This document shows positions 25,700-35,576 of a stretch of DNA of 64,000 nucleotides, one piece after another. The stretch covers positions 8,513-72,512 of the forward strand of contig JBOHUM010000029.1 in the NCBI GenBank assembly GCA_050734515.1, written 5' to 3'. The number at the start of each line of letters is the position of its first letter. The first letter of the stretch is position 1. The notes under the pieces are model-generated. The model saw only the letters and a list, made by a program, of their open reading frames with translations. It made no database searches and was not told where the DNA came from. The translations under genes and the position numbers were made by a program. The DNA comes from Candidatus Dormibacteria bacterium. Its GTDB lineage: Bacteria > Chloroflexota > Dormibacteria > Aeolococcales > Bog-877.

Positions 25700-26697
25700 A
25701 GCGAGGAGAGCGCCCCACCCAGTCCGCTGGGTGTCGGGGGGCGGCCGGGCAGGACCTGGCTGGGCTTCTGAATGTTGAAGGTCTGCCCGTAGTCGCTCAG
25801 GTTGCCGGCGAAGTCAAAGGTCAGGGAGGCGTAGCCCGAGGGCAGGCCGCTCTGCTTGGGCGCCAGCAGGGATAGCGCCCCCAGCTCCAGGTCCATGCCC
25901 ACGGTGGAGGTGGCGCGGGCCAGGCGACCGTTGTCGGTACGGACGTAGCTGTCGCCGCGGGCCCCGGTGAAGCGGATCAGCTGCTCGATGGCGGTCAGAT
26001 CACCACCCAGCTTGGGGGTGGAGCTGGGCAGCTTGGAGAGCACCCCGGACAGCGCCTGGGACATGAAGGTGTTCAAAGCCGCGGCGGGGACGGTGGACTG
26101 GAGGTGGTCAATCCGGACCCCGCCTACGGTGCTGACCCCCAGGTTGACCACCTGGGACGAGCCCTTGAGCTGCTGCCCCCAGGTTTTGAACTCCGCCTTG
26201 AGGCCGTTCAGGGTCTGGCCCCCCAGCACCTGGCTGGAGGAGCTCTTGGCGGCCTGATACCAGTGGCTGCCGTCCTCGGAGACGTACTCCACCCCGTTCA
26301 GGTCGATGACGTGCCAGGGGCTGGTCAGCAACGGCGGCAGGGAGAAGGTGGCCTCCAGGTCCTGGGGGCCCTGATACTCGACGGTTCCCTGGAGGGTGGC
26401 GGCATTGATCTCATCCTGAATCACCGCCAGCTCGGTGGCATTGACCCCCGAGAGCCCGGTGACATGGCTGAGGTCGGCCTGGAGGTGGGCGGAGAAGGTC
26501 ATCTCGAAGGACCCACCCAGCACCGTCGAGTTGGCGGCCTGGAGGATGGCCCCGGCGGGCCGCGACGTGCTAATGCCGCTGCCGCCGCAGCCGGCAAGCA
26601 GGCCGGCCGCGGCCAGTGGCGCCAGGCTCAACCAGAGTGTGCGCTGCACCAGCCCGATCCTACCCCGGATTGCCTGATCCGCATCCGCCGCCATCAA
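25696..26697 (-). CDS. hypothetical lipoprotein
   Basis: Signal peptide with lipobox (LAPLAAAGLLAGCGG). 300-aa Ser/Thr/Gly-rich mature domain. Convergent 4-nt overlap with ispE. Confidence 0.6.
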   Translation of the reverse strand: MMAADADQAIRGRIGLVQRTLWLSLAPLAAAGLLAGCGGSGISTSRPAGAILQAANSTVLGGSFEMTFSAHLQADLSHVTGLSGVNATELAVIQDEINAATLQGTVEYQGPQDLEATFSLPPLLTSPWHVIDLNGVEYVSEDGSHWYQAAKSSSSQVLGGQTLNGLKAEFKTWGQQLKGSSQVVNLGVSTVGGVRIDHLQSTVPAAALNTFMSQALSGVLSKLPSSTPKLGGDLTAIEQLIRFTGARGDSYVRTDNGRLARATSTVGMDLELGALSLLAPKQSGLPSGYASLTFDFAGNLSDYGQTFNIQKPSQVLPGRPPTPSGLGGALSSL

Positions 26698-26750
26698 AAC
26701 GTCATCGGATCTGACACCCTTCCCGCCTGGGCGGGTGATAGCGTTCGCCC

Positions 26751-28955
26751 GTGACTGAGGCCAAGAGCCGCCGAAGTGAGCCCGCCCACCGGCATAGGCC
26801 TCGCGCCCGTCCCGGGCGGATAGTGGCCCTGCCCACCTCGGGCCGCCACCAGCGGGCGGCGGTCCTGGACGACCCGCGCAACTACATAAACCGCGAGCTG
26901 AGCTGGCTCGACTTTGACGCCCGGGTGCTGGCCCAGGCGCAGGACGACCGGGTACCGCTCCTGGAGCGGCTGCGCTTCCTCGCCATCACCTCCAGCAACC
27001 TCGACGAGTTCTACATGATCAGGGTGGCGTCGCTGAAGCGCCAGCTGGCGGAGCGGCTGCCCAGCAGCCACGCCGACGCCATGACCCCCACCGAGCAGCT
27101 GCACGCCATCACCAAGCGCACCCGGGAGGTGGCCGAGGCCGAGATCCGCTGCCTGCGCGAGGAGCTTGTGCCCCAACTGGAGCGGCGCGGCATCCGGCTG
27201 GTGCTGCCCAAGCAGGCTCTGAGCCGGAGCGAGCAGCGCGCCTGTGATCGCTTCTTCGAAGCCCAGCTTTATCCCCTGCTGGTGCCGCTGGCGATCGACC
27301 CCGCCCACCCCTTCCCCTACATCAGCAACCTCTCGCTCTCGATCGCGGTCCTGCTGCGCGAGCCTGGCGAGCGCGCCCCCCGGGTTGCCCGGGTCAAGGT
27401 GCCGTCGGCGATGGCGCGCTTCTTCAGGGCGGGGCGCGAGGGCGCCTTCGTCCCCGTGGAGCGGATCATCGGCGAGCGCCTCGACCGCCTCTTCCCGGGA
27501 ATGGAGGTGGTCGGCCAGGGACTCTTCCGGGTCACCCGCGACGCCGACTTCGACATCGACGAGGACGAGCCCAACCTGCTCTCGGCCATGGAGGAGGAGC
27601 TGCGGGAGCGCCGCTTCGGCGCGGTGGTCCGGGTCGAGGCCGACCCCGCCCTGCCGGCCGAGATCCTGAGCCTGCTGGAGACCGAGCTGGGGGTGACTCC
27701 CGAGGAGGTCCACACCCTGGACGGCCCCCTCGACCTCAGTGGCCTGCTGAGCGTGATCGACGAGGTCGAGCGCCCGGAGCTGGCCTATCCCCAGTTCAGC
27801 GGCACCACTCCGCCGCGCCTGCTGACCATCCAGGACCAGGACCCCGACTTCTTCGCGGTGCTGCGCCGGGGTGACGTCCTGGTCCAGCACCCCTACGACT
27901 CCTTCGTCGCCAGCACCGAGCGCTTCATCGAGCAGGCGGCCCGGGACCCCAAGGTGGCGGCGATCAAGCTCACCCTCTACCGGACCAGCGGTGACACCCC
28001 CCTGATCGACGCCCTGATCCGGGCCGCGGAGGACGGCAAGCAGGTGGTGGTGCTGGTGGAGATCAAGGCCCGCTTCGACGAAAAGAACAACATCCGCTGG
28101 GCCAAGCAACTGGAACAGGTGGGCGCCCACGTCGCCTACGGCGTACCCGGGCTCAAGACCCACGCCAAGCTGGTGCTGGTGGTGCGCCACGAGGAGGGCG
28201 GGGTGCGCTACTACGCCCATGTCGGTACCGGCAACTACAACGCGGTGACCGCCCGTACCTATACCGACTTCGGCCTGCTCACCGCCCGCGAGCAGGTGAC
28301 CGAGGAGGTGGCGGACCTGTTCAACTACCTGACCGGGTACTCCCGCAAGCGCGACTACCGCACTCTCTGGGTGGCTCCCATCAACGCCATCGAGAGCTTC
28401 GAGGCCATGGTGGAGCGGGAGCTGGGCCATCTCCGCCGGGGGCGGCCGGCGGGGCTGCTGATCAAGGTCAACGGCCTGACCGACGAGCGCGCGGTGCAGG
28501 TCCTCTACCGCGCCTCCCAGGCCGGGCTCCGGATCCGGCTCTTGGTGCGCGGGATCTGCTCGCTGCGACCGGGCGTGGAGGGGGTGAGCTCGACCATCGA
28601 GGTCCAGAGCGTGATCGGCCGCTTCCTCGAGCATGGGCGCGCCTTCGTCGCCGAAAACGGCGGCGACCCCGAGGTCCGCCTGGGCTCGCTCGACCTCATG
28701 GGCCGCAACCTCTACCGCCGGGTGGAGTGCGCCGTGCCTTTGCTCGACCCCCAGGCGCGCGATGAGGTGCGCGAGGTCCTCGAGCTGACGTGGGCCGACC
28801 GCCGCCAGACCTGGAGGCTGCACGCCGACGGGCGCTGGCAGCGGGCCGACCCCCTCGCCTCCGCGCCCGGGATTCAGGAGGAGTTGATCCGCCGGGCACG
28901 GGCCCGGCCGCTGCGCTGGGCGGACGCCGGCACAGACAAAGGAGGGACCCATTGA
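26751..28955 (+). CDS. ppk: polyphosphate kinase 1
   Basis: PPK1 N-terminal domain (YINRELSWLDFDARVLAQAQDD…LRFLAITSSNLDEFYMIRV), the phosphorylated-His region, and two PLD-like C-terminal domains (HAKLVLVVR…; HGRAFVAENGG). Confidence 0.9.
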   Translation: MTEAKSRRSEPAHRHRPRARPGRIVALPTSGRHQRAAVLDDPRNYINRELSWLDFDARVLAQAQDDRVPLLERLRFLAITSSNLDEFYMIRVASLKRQLAERLPSSHADAMTPTEQLHAITKRTREVAEAEIRCLREELVPQLERRGIRLVLPKQALSRSEQRACDRFFEAQLYPLLVPLAIDPAHPFPYISNLSLSIAVLLREPGERAPRVARVKVPSAMARFFRAGREGAFVPVERIIGERLDRLFPGMEVVGQGLFRVTRDADFDIDEDEPNLLSAMEEELRERRFGAVVRVEADPALPAEILSLLETELGVTPEEVHTLDGPLDLSGLLSVIDEVERPELAYPQFSGTTPPRLLTIQDQDPDFFAVLRRGDVLVQHPYDSFVASTERFIEQAARDPKVAAIKLTLYRTSGDTPLIDALIRAAEDGKQVVVLVEIKARFDEKNNIRWAKQLEQVGAHVAYGVPGLKTHAKLVLVVRHEEGGVRYYAHVGTGNYNAVTARTYTDFGLLTAREQVTEEVADLFNYLTGYSRKRDYRTLWVAPINAIESFEAMVERELGHLRRGRPAGLLIKVNGLTDERAVQVLYRASQAGLRIRLLVRGICSLRPGVEGVSSTIEVQSVIGRFLEHGRAFVAENGGDPEVRLGSLDLMGRNLYRRVECAVPLLDPQARDEVREVLELTWADRRQTWRLHADGRWQRADPLASAPGIQEELIRRARARPLRWADAGTDKGGTH

Positions 28956-29362
28956 CACCCGACGAGGCCAGACAGTTCGTAGCCGCCAACCATCACGCCG
29001 TCCTCGCCACCCGGCGCCGGGATGGCAGCCCGCAGATGTCGCCAGTCGTGGCCGCGCTCGACCCGCAGGGGCTGGTGGTGGTCAGCACCCGGGAGACCGC
29101 GGTCAAGGCGCTCAACCTCCGGCGCCAGCCCCGTTGCCAGCTGCTGTGTTTCACCGACCGCTTCTTCGGCCCCTGGGTCGCCATCGGCGGCACTGCCGAG
29201 ATCCAGTCCCTGCCGGAGGCCATGCCCGGTCTGGAGGGCTACTACCGGGCCGCGGTCGGCGAGCACCCTGATTGGGCGGAGTACCGGGCCGCCATGGTCA
29301 GCGAGCGCCGGCTCCTGATTCGGATCCGGATCGAGGAGGCGGGCCCCAACGCCAGCGGCTAG
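28952..29362 (+). CDS. pyridoxamine 5'-phosphate oxidase (PPOX) family protein, probable F420-dependent
   Basis: A TTG at 28952 overlaps the ppk stop and is preceded by the Shine-Dalgarno AAAGGAGGG. Product LTPDEARQFVAANHHAVLATRRRDGSPQMSPV… shows the split-barrel FMN/F420-binding fold of the Rv1155-like family. Confidence 0.7.
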   Translation: MTPDEARQFVAANHHAVLATRRRDGSPQMSPVVAALDPQGLVVVSTRETAVKALNLRRQPRCQLLCFTDRFFGPWVAIGGTAEIQSLPEAMPGLEGYYRAAVGEHPDWAEYRAAMVSERRLLIRIRIEEAGPNASG

Positions 29363-29405
29363 CCGCCCCCTGTCGACCTCGGAGTTCCAGGCCGCGGCCT
29401 CCCAG

Positions 29406-30113
29406 GTGGCCGACTTCGCCGCCGCCCAGATCCTCCCGGGGATGCGCCTGGGTCTGGGCAGCGGCCGGATGGCCTCCGCCCTGGTAAGGGCCCTCGGTGC
29501 CCGGGTCCGGGAGGGCTTGCAGGTGGAGGCGCTCTGCACCTCGCGCCGGACCGAGGCCCTGGCCCGCGAGGCCGGGGTCCGGGTGATCGGCGCCAGTGCG
29601 GGCCAGTTGGACCTCGACCTCGACGGTGCCGACCAGTTCGACAGATCCCTCAACCTGCTCAAGGGCGGTGGCGGCGCCCTGCTCCGGGAGAAGGTGGTGG
29701 CCCGGGCCAGCCGGCGCTTCTGGGTGCTGGCCGACCCGGGCAAACGGGTGGCGCGCCTAGCCCGAGACCGCGCCCTGCCGGTGGAGGTGCTCCCCTTCGA
29801 TTGGCTGGGCACCGCCGCCCTCTGCCGGGCCGAGCTTGGCTGCCAGACCCAACTGCGCAGCGCCGGCGAGCAGCCCTGGATCACCGACAACGGCAACTAC
29901 ATCCTGGACCTGGAGTTCCGCGACCCGCCGCCCCCGGCCCGGGTGGCGGCCCGGCTGGAGGCGCTCCCCGGCGTCCTCGGGCACGGGCTCTTCCTGGCCC
30001 TGGCCACCGCCGCCCTGCTCTCCGACGGCGAGCGGCTCCAGATCCTGGGCGACCTCGAGGCCACCCGGCCGGCCGCGGCCGGGCTCAGCCCCCCTGGCGT
30101 CGGCGGCGGTTGA
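29406..30113 (+). CDS. rpiA: ribose-5-phosphate isomerase A
   Basis: GLGSGRMAS (GxGxGST-like motif), DGADQFDRSLNLLKGGGGALLREK (catalytic Asp/Lys/Glu region), GNYILD. Confidence 0.85.
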   Translation: MADFAAAQILPGMRLGLGSGRMASALVRALGARVREGLQVEALCTSRRTEALAREAGVRVIGASAGQLDLDLDGADQFDRSLNLLKGGGGALLREKVVARASRRFWVLADPGKRVARLARDRALPVEVLPFDWLGTAALCRAELGCQTQLRSAGEQPWITDNGNYILDLEFRDPPPPARVAARLEALPGVLGHGLFLALATAALLSDGERLQILGDLEATRPAAAGLSPPGVGGG

Positions 30114-30597
30114 GGGTCAGGCTCAGACCCAAGGGGATCATCACCCCGAGGAACCCGGTGACGACGGCGATCAGGTTGGGCAGGTGCTTGGGGTTCGACA
30201 TACCGACATAGGAGAAGACCGAGGAGAGGAAGGCGGTGAGCAGGATCACCGTGATCGCCCCCAGCAGCACCCAGTTGCCGTTCTCGGGACGGCTGATCAG
30301 GAAGTCGGGCCAGCGGTTGCGCACGTATCGGTAGACGTTGACCGCGGTCAGGGCGTTGAGGATCAGGGCACTGATGAAGGCGCTCACCGCCACCCCCCAA
30401 CGGAAGGCTCCCAGCTGTGAGATCACCCAGGCCGAGAAGTTGACCACCAGCAGCCCCACGGGGGTGGCCAGCCCTACCGCCGGCAGGACGCAGGAGCGCC
30501 AGTCCTCGGGAAGGGGGATGAACAGGCCGCTCTGCACCGGGCCGCGGCTGCGGCGCTGCCGGCTCACCTGGCCCGTGCTGGTACGTTCAGTACTCAA
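30085..30597 (-). CDS. hypothetical integral membrane protein
   Basis: 170 aa with four predicted TM helices and no recognisable motif. Confidence 0.45.
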   Translation of the reverse strand: MSTERTSTGQVSRQRRSRGPVQSGLFIPLPEDWRSCVLPAVGLATPVGLLVVNFSAWVISQLGAFRWGVAVSAFISALILNALTAVNVYRYVRNRWPDFLISRPENGNWVLLGAITVILLTAFLSSVFSYVGMSNPKHLPNLIAVVTGFLGVMIPLGLSLTLNRRRRQGG

Positions 30598-30692
30598 TGG
30601 TGCTCATCTGCGAAGTTCCGCCAGCATATTGACGGGCCGGGGCGGCGAAGGACGGGCAGCGGGTTCGGAGCCCGCATGATGGCAGATAGCGC

Positions 30693-31871
30693 TTGGACCT
30701 AGTCGACCTGGTCATCGCCCTGGCCCTGGTCTATGCCGGGTTCTGGGGATACCGCCGCGGGCTCGCCTACTCGGTGCTGTCCCTCTTGGGCCTGCTGGTG
30801 GGGCTCGGGTTGGGGGTGCTCCTGGCGGTCAGCGTCCCGGGCCAACTGCAGCAGTTCAGCCCGGGCGTGCGCTCGGCCCTGGGGGTGGGGCTGCTGCTGC
30901 TCTGCGCCTTCCTGGGCGACGCCGCGGGCACCTGGGTGGGCCTGCGCCTACGCCTGCGCGCCGGGCGCCTGCATCTGGGGGTGGCGGACTCGGTGCTGGG
31001 CGTGGCCTGGGGCCTGGTGGTGACCCTGCTCGCCAGCTGGTACCTGGGGCTCACCTTTGGCAACGGTCCCTGGCAACCCCTGGCCAGCCAGATCCAGGGC
31101 TCGGTGATCCTCCACCGGCTGGCTGGCACCCTGCCCCAGGACCCGATCGGCCTGGGCGGGTTGCAGCGAGTGCTGAGCGGGGTCCCCTTCCCCCAGGTCT
31201 TCGCCACCCTGATCCCTCCCCTGCCCTCGCGCGTGGGCCTGCCTGGAGACCTGAGCGGCGATCAGGCGGTGCAGGCGGCGGCAGCGGACACCGTCAAGCT
31301 GGTCAGCAGCGGCTGCGGCGGGCTGGTGGAGGGCAGTGGCTTCCCGGTCGGCACCGACCTGATCCTCACCAATGCCCACGTGGTCGCCGGCACCCAGTCC
31401 ACCACCGTGGCCGTGCCGGGTCGGTTCGGCGCCCAGAGCGCCCGGGTGGTGCTCTTCGACCCGGAGCGAGATCTGGCGCTGCTGCGGGTTGCCAATCTCA
31501 ATCTGACCCCGCTCACCATCGCCGGACCGGCGGGGCGCGGCACCCCGGGGGCGGTGATCGGCTATCCCCAGGGTGGCCCTGAGCAGGTCGCCCCGGGGGC
31601 CATCCGCGGCCAGCTGGACGCCGTCGGCCGCGACATCTACGGAACCTCGACCGTGAGCCGCGAGATCTACGTGCTCCAGGCCGACGTGATCCCGGGGAAC
31701 TCGGGGGGGCCCTTCGTCGACCTCCGGGGAGCGGTCCTGGGTGTTGTCTTCGCCAAGTCGGTGGTCACGTCCGACGAGGGCTACGCCCTGACCGCGGCCG
31801 AGATCCGAGCCGACATCCAGGCGGCCGGCGGCCGCACCGCCGCGGTGTCCACCCAGGGGTGCGCCGGCTGA
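30693..31871 (+). CDS. marP: MarP-type membrane serine protease (CvpA-like N-terminus + trypsin-like domain)
   Basis: Four TM helices at the N-terminus. The C-terminal chymotrypsin-fold domain has TNAHVV (His), LALLRV (Asp region) and GNSGGP (Ser). Confidence 0.8.
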   Translation: MDLVDLVIALALVYAGFWGYRRGLAYSVLSLLGLLVGLGLGVLLAVSVPGQLQQFSPGVRSALGVGLLLLCAFLGDAAGTWVGLRLRLRAGRLHLGVADSVLGVAWGLVVTLLASWYLGLTFGNGPWQPLASQIQGSVILHRLAGTLPQDPIGLGGLQRVLSGVPFPQVFATLIPPLPSRVGLPGDLSGDQAVQAAAADTVKLVSSGCGGLVEGSGFPVGTDLILTNAHVVAGTQSTTVAVPGRFGAQSARVVLFDPERDLALLRVANLNLTPLTIAGPAGRGTPGAVIGYPQGGPEQVAPGAIRGQLDAVGRDIYGTSTVSREIYVLQADVIPGNSGGPFVDLRGAVLGVVFAKSVVTSDEGYALTAAEIRADIQAAGGRTAAVSTQGCAG

Positions 31872-31887
31872 CGGCGATGATGGGTAC

Positions 31888-31913
31888 TTAGTTTTCCTAA
31901 TTAGGTAAACTAA
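31888..31913 (+). promoter_or_regulatory. AT-rich 26-bp near-perfect palindrome (candidate MarR operator)
   Basis: TTAGTTTTCCTAATTAGGTAAACTAA, with 24 of 26 positions palindromic and a perfect core CCTAATTAGG. It ends 5 bp before the GTG start of marR. The sequence is about 25% GC in a 70% GC genome. Confidence 0.6.
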
Positions 31914-31917
31914 GGGT

Positions 31918-32391
31918 GTGACCACACCTGCCGACCTCGCGCCCAGCCGGGCCGCGAGCCGCGATGCCCGGGCCACGGCTTTGGCCGCCACCCTCCCCGG
32001 GCTGCTCCAGCGCTTCGGCCGCCGCCTGCGCGAGGCCTCCGGGCCCCTGGGGATCGCGGTCGGCCACTACCCGGTGCTGGTGGGCCTGCTGGAGCGGCGT
32101 GCCGCCACCGTCACCGAGCTGGCCAGCCAGGAGCGGATGCGGGTGCCATCGATGACCGCCTTGCTCATCCAGCTGGAGGCGTCGGGGCTGGTGCGCAAGC
32201 GGGTCGACCCCAACGACCGCCGCTGCATCCTGGTCTCGCTGACCCCCAAGGGCGCCTCGGTGGCCAGGGCGGCACGCAAGGTGCGCGCGGAGTGGCTGGG
32301 CCAGCGGCTGCGCCATCTCACCACGGCCGAGATCACGGTCCTGGCCCGCTCGCTGCCGGTACTGGAGCACCTGATCGGTCTGGACCGATGA
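31918..32391 (+). CDS. MarR family transcriptional regulator
   Basis: Winged-helix MarR signature (VLVGLLERRAATVTELASQERMRVPSMTALLIQLEASGLVRKRVDPNDRR). GTG start with the Shine-Dalgarno AAGGGTG. Confidence 0.85.
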   Translation: MTTPADLAPSRAASRDARATALAATLPGLLQRFGRRLREASGPLGIAVGHYPVLVGLLERRAATVTELASQERMRVPSMTALLIQLEASGLVRKRVDPNDRRCILVSLTPKGASVARAARKVRAEWLGQRLRHLTTAEITVLARSLPVLEHLIGLDR

Positions 32392-33680
32392 CGGTCTCCC
32401 CGCGGGGCTTCGCCACGCGGACCTTCCAGGCCCTGGGCAACCGCAACTACCGGCTCTTCTTCGCCGGGCAGCTGATCTCGCTCTCGGGCAGCTGGCTGCA
32501 GACCACCGCCCAGGCCTGGCTGATCCTGGAGCTGACCCACTCGCCGCTGATGCTGGGGCTGCTGGTCACGGTCCAGTTCCTGCCCAACCTGGTGCTGCAG
32601 CCCCTGGGCGGCCTGGTGGCGGACCGCCTCTCCAAGCGCGAGGTCCTGATCGCCACCCAGAGCTGCTTCGCCGTGGTGGCGGCGGTGCTGGGGATCACGG
32701 TGGGGCTGGGGATCGCCCGACCCTGGGAGGTGTTCCTGGTGGTGGCGCTCTTCGGTCTGATCAACGTGGTCGACAGCCCCACCCGCCAGGCCTTCGTCAC
32801 CGAAATGGTGGGCGCGCGGCGGATGGCCAACGCCATCGCCCTCAACTCGATGGTGTTCAATGGCGCCCGCGCGGTGGGCCCGGCCCTGGCCGGCATCCTG
32901 ATCGCGACGGTGGGCACCGCGCTCTGCTTCGACCTCAACGCGGTCTCCTACCTGGCCGTGATCGTCGGGCTCTGGCTGATGCGCCCCCAGGAGCTGCACC
33001 GGCCAGCGCGGCCCACCGGGGCCCGGCCCCCGATCGTCCACCAGCTTCGCGAGGGGATCGCCTACGTCCGCCGCACCCCCCAACTGGCCCTGGTGATCAC
33101 CCTGATGGCCGTGGTCAGCACCTTCTCCTACAACCTCACCCTGATGATCACCGCCTTCGATCGCGACGGCCTCCACGCCGGGGCCACCGGGCTGGGGATC
33201 CTGACCTCGGCCCTGGGCGTGGGCGCCCTGGTGGGGGCGCTCGGGGTGGCCTACCTGGGCCGACCCTCCTTCCGGGCGCTGCTGCTCGGCTGCGCTGTCT
33301 TCGGCCTGTTCCTGGCCCTGGCCGGCCAGAGTCCCTCCCTGCCCCTGGCGGCCCTGCTGCTGGCCGGGGCGGGCCTGGGGATGATCGTCTTCAGCGCCAT
33401 GTGCAACAGCGTCATCCAGACCCACACCCCGGCCCGGCTGCGGGGCCGGGTGATGGCTCTCTACATCTGGGTGTTCCTGGGCTCCACACCCATCGGCAGC
33501 CCCCTCTTCGGCGCCATCGAACAGGCGTGGGGCAGCCGGCTCTCGCTGCTGCTGGCGGGAGCGGTCGCCCTGCTGGCGGCGCTGGTGGCCGCGGTCTGGC
33601 GCAGCCGCCATCAGGTCAGCGCCGCGCCCTACCCGGCGGTCTCTCCGGGGGTAGCCGCCTCGGAGGTACCCAGCACATGA
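32388..33680 (+). CDS. MFS transporter (EntS/DHA3-like)
   Basis: The ATG at 32388 overlaps the marR stop (ATGA). Twelve TM helices with MFS motif A (GGLVADRLSKRE). Confidence 0.85.
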   Translation: MTVSPRGFATRTFQALGNRNYRLFFAGQLISLSGSWLQTTAQAWLILELTHSPLMLGLLVTVQFLPNLVLQPLGGLVADRLSKREVLIATQSCFAVVAAVLGITVGLGIARPWEVFLVVALFGLINVVDSPTRQAFVTEMVGARRMANAIALNSMVFNGARAVGPALAGILIATVGTALCFDLNAVSYLAVIVGLWLMRPQELHRPARPTGARPPIVHQLREGIAYVRRTPQLALVITLMAVVSTFSYNLTLMITAFDRDGLHAGATGLGILTSALGVGALVGALGVAYLGRPSFRALLLGCAVFGLFLALAGQSPSLPLAALLLAGAGLGMIVFSAMCNSVIQTHTPARLRGRVMALYIWVFLGSTPIGSPLFGAIEQAWGSRLSLLLAGAVALLAALVAAVWRSRHQVSAAPYPAVSPGVAASEVPST

Positions 33681-34429
33681 AAGCCACCGTCCACGTGCAC
33701 GATCTCGCCGCTGGTGGCGGAGAAGTAGTCGGAGAGCAGGGCCACCACCGCCCGCCCCACCGGCGCCGCATCCCGCGCATCCCAGCCTAGGGGCGCTGCG
33801 CGGGCGAAGATCTCCGGAAAGGCGGCGAAGCCGGGGATCCCCTTGGCGGCGGTGGTGAAGACCGGCCCCGCGGAGACGGCGTTGACCCGGATCCGGCGGG
33901 CGCCCAGGTAGCGGGCCAGGTAGCGGACCACCGACTCCAGCGCCGCCTTGGAAACCCCCATCCAGTCGTAGCCGGGCCAGGCCCTGCTGGCGTCGAAGTC
34001 GAGGGTGACCACGCTTCCGCCGCGCTCGGGGATCAGCGGCTCGAGCGCCACCACCAGCTGCTGCAGCGAGAAGGCGCTGACCCGCAGGGCCTGGGCGGCC
34101 GCCTCCCAGGGAGTGCGCAGAAAGGCGCCGCCCAGGGCCTCCTGGGGCGCGAATGCGACCCCATGGACGATGCCATCCAAGGGCCGCCCGGAGCGGCCCA
34201 GCTCCGCCGCCAGCGTCGGGAAGTCCTGGTCGCGGCTGACGTCCAGCTCCAACACCGGCGGCGGCGGGGCCAGCCGGGCGGCGCTGCGCTCGGTCAGGCG
34301 CCGGGCGCGGCCGAAGGAGGTGAGCACCACCTCGGCACCGTCCCGCTGGGCCTGGCGGGCGACGGCGAAGGGCAGGGAGGCGGGGGTGAGCACACCTGTG
34401 ACCAGGACCCGCTTCCCCTCGAGCAGCAT
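33629..34429 (-). CDS. fabI: enoyl-[acyl-carrier-protein] reductase (NADH), FabI/InhA type
   Basis: Start MLLEGKRVLVTGV (NADH-binding Rossmann turn). Catalytic Tyr-x6-Lys (YDWMGVSKAAL). SDR fold. Confidence 0.85.
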   Translation of the reverse strand: MLLEGKRVLVTGVLTPASLPFAVARQAQRDGAEVVLTSFGRARRLTERSAARLAPPPPVLELDVSRDQDFPTLAAELGRSGRPLDGIVHGVAFAPQEALGGAFLRTPWEAAAQALRVSAFSLQQLVVALEPLIPERGGSVVTLDFDASRAWPGYDWMGVSKAALESVVRYLARYLGARRIRVNAVSAGPVFTTAAKGIPGFAAFPEIFARAAPLGWDARDAAPVGRAVVALLSDYFSATSGEIVHVDGGFHVLGTSEAATPGETAG

Positions 34430-34517
34430 GGGGGCCAAGGTTACCGGCCGGAACCCACTTGCGTAGGGCCAACTGACCAGGGGTTGGCCCCAGGTACGCG
34501 GGGTACAATCCCGCGGC

Positions 34518-35576
34518 ATGGCCGCCGGGACCCGGCCCAGGCGCCGCCGCGCCGGGCTGACGTCACAGAAGTCACCGTTCTCATGGGGCCGGCACCGAAT
34601 CCTGCTGGGGCTGCTGCTCCTGGTGGGGTTCGCCCTCTCCGGGGCTGCGGGCGTGGTCGCCTACTTCCTGCCGGCGATCTCGGCCGCGATCAATATCACC
34701 GGCCACCCCACCACCGGCAACAGGGGCCACGCAGGCCTCCCCACCCCCAGCCCGGGCAGCGGCGGGGCCGGGTCCGGCCAGGCCTTCAACGTGCTCCTGC
34801 TGGGCTCCGATAACGACACCAAGTTCGAAGCCAGCCGGGTCCTCACCCAGACCATGATCCTGGTGCGGGTCAACCCCCAGCTGCACTCGGTGGTGATGTT
34901 CTCCATCCCCCGCGACCTCTGGGTACCGCTTTCGGGAGGGGGCAGCAACAAGATCGACACCGCCTACTCCGACGGCGGGGCGGCGGAGGCGATCCAGACC
35001 GTCGAGAACAACTTCGGGGTCTCGGTCAACTACTGGGTATGGATCGGCCTGGGCGGGCTGGTCAAGCTGGTCGACGACCTGGGCGGCGTCAACGTCGTCG
35101 CCCAGATGCCGATCCTGGACGACGAGTACCCCTATGACCTGGGCCGGGGCAACCCCTATGCCTACGACCGGATCATGGTCCTGCCCGGGCCCCAGCGGCT
35201 GGGGGGGGTGAACGCCCTGGAGTACGTCCGCTCCCGCCACGGCGACGTGCTCTCCGACATCGCCCGCTCCCAGAAGCAGCAGCAGCTGCTGCTGGACATC
35301 AAGTCGGCGGCCAACACCCTGGGGCTGGGCGACATCCCCGGGATCGCCTCGTCCCTGAGCAACATCGTCAAGACCGACATGAGCCTGACCCAGATCGGCC
35401 AGCTGATCCCCCTGGCCAAGGCCTTCAAGGACGGCAACGTCACCGAGGTGGTGATGGACTACTCCCCCTACTTCAGTGACGTCGCGATCCCCACCGCCTA
35501 CGGCTACACGGACGCGCTCCAGCCCAACTGGAGCGCCATCCACAGCCTGGTGGCCCAGTACTTCCCCACCGGGTGA
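34518..35576 (+). CDS. LytR-CpsA-Psr (LCP) family cell-envelope phosphotransferase
   Basis: N-terminal TM anchor. The LCP core contains FNVLLLGSDND, MILVRVNP and SIPRDLWV. Confidence 0.85.
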   Translation: MAAGTRPRRRRAGLTSQKSPFSWGRHRILLGLLLLVGFALSGAAGVVAYFLPAISAAINITGHPTTGNRGHAGLPTPSPGSGGAGSGQAFNVLLLGSDNDTKFEASRVLTQTMILVRVNPQLHSVVMFSIPRDLWVPLSGGGSNKIDTAYSDGGAAEAIQTVENNFGVSVNYWVWIGLGGLVKLVDDLGGVNVVAQMPILDDEYPYDLGRGNPYAYDRIMVLPGPQRLGGVNALEYVRSRHGDVLSDIARSQKQQQLLLDIKSAANTLGLGDIPGIASSLSNIVKTDMSLTQIGQLIPLAKAFKDGNVTEVVMDYSPYFSDVAIPTAYGYTDALQPNWSAIHSLVAQYFPTG

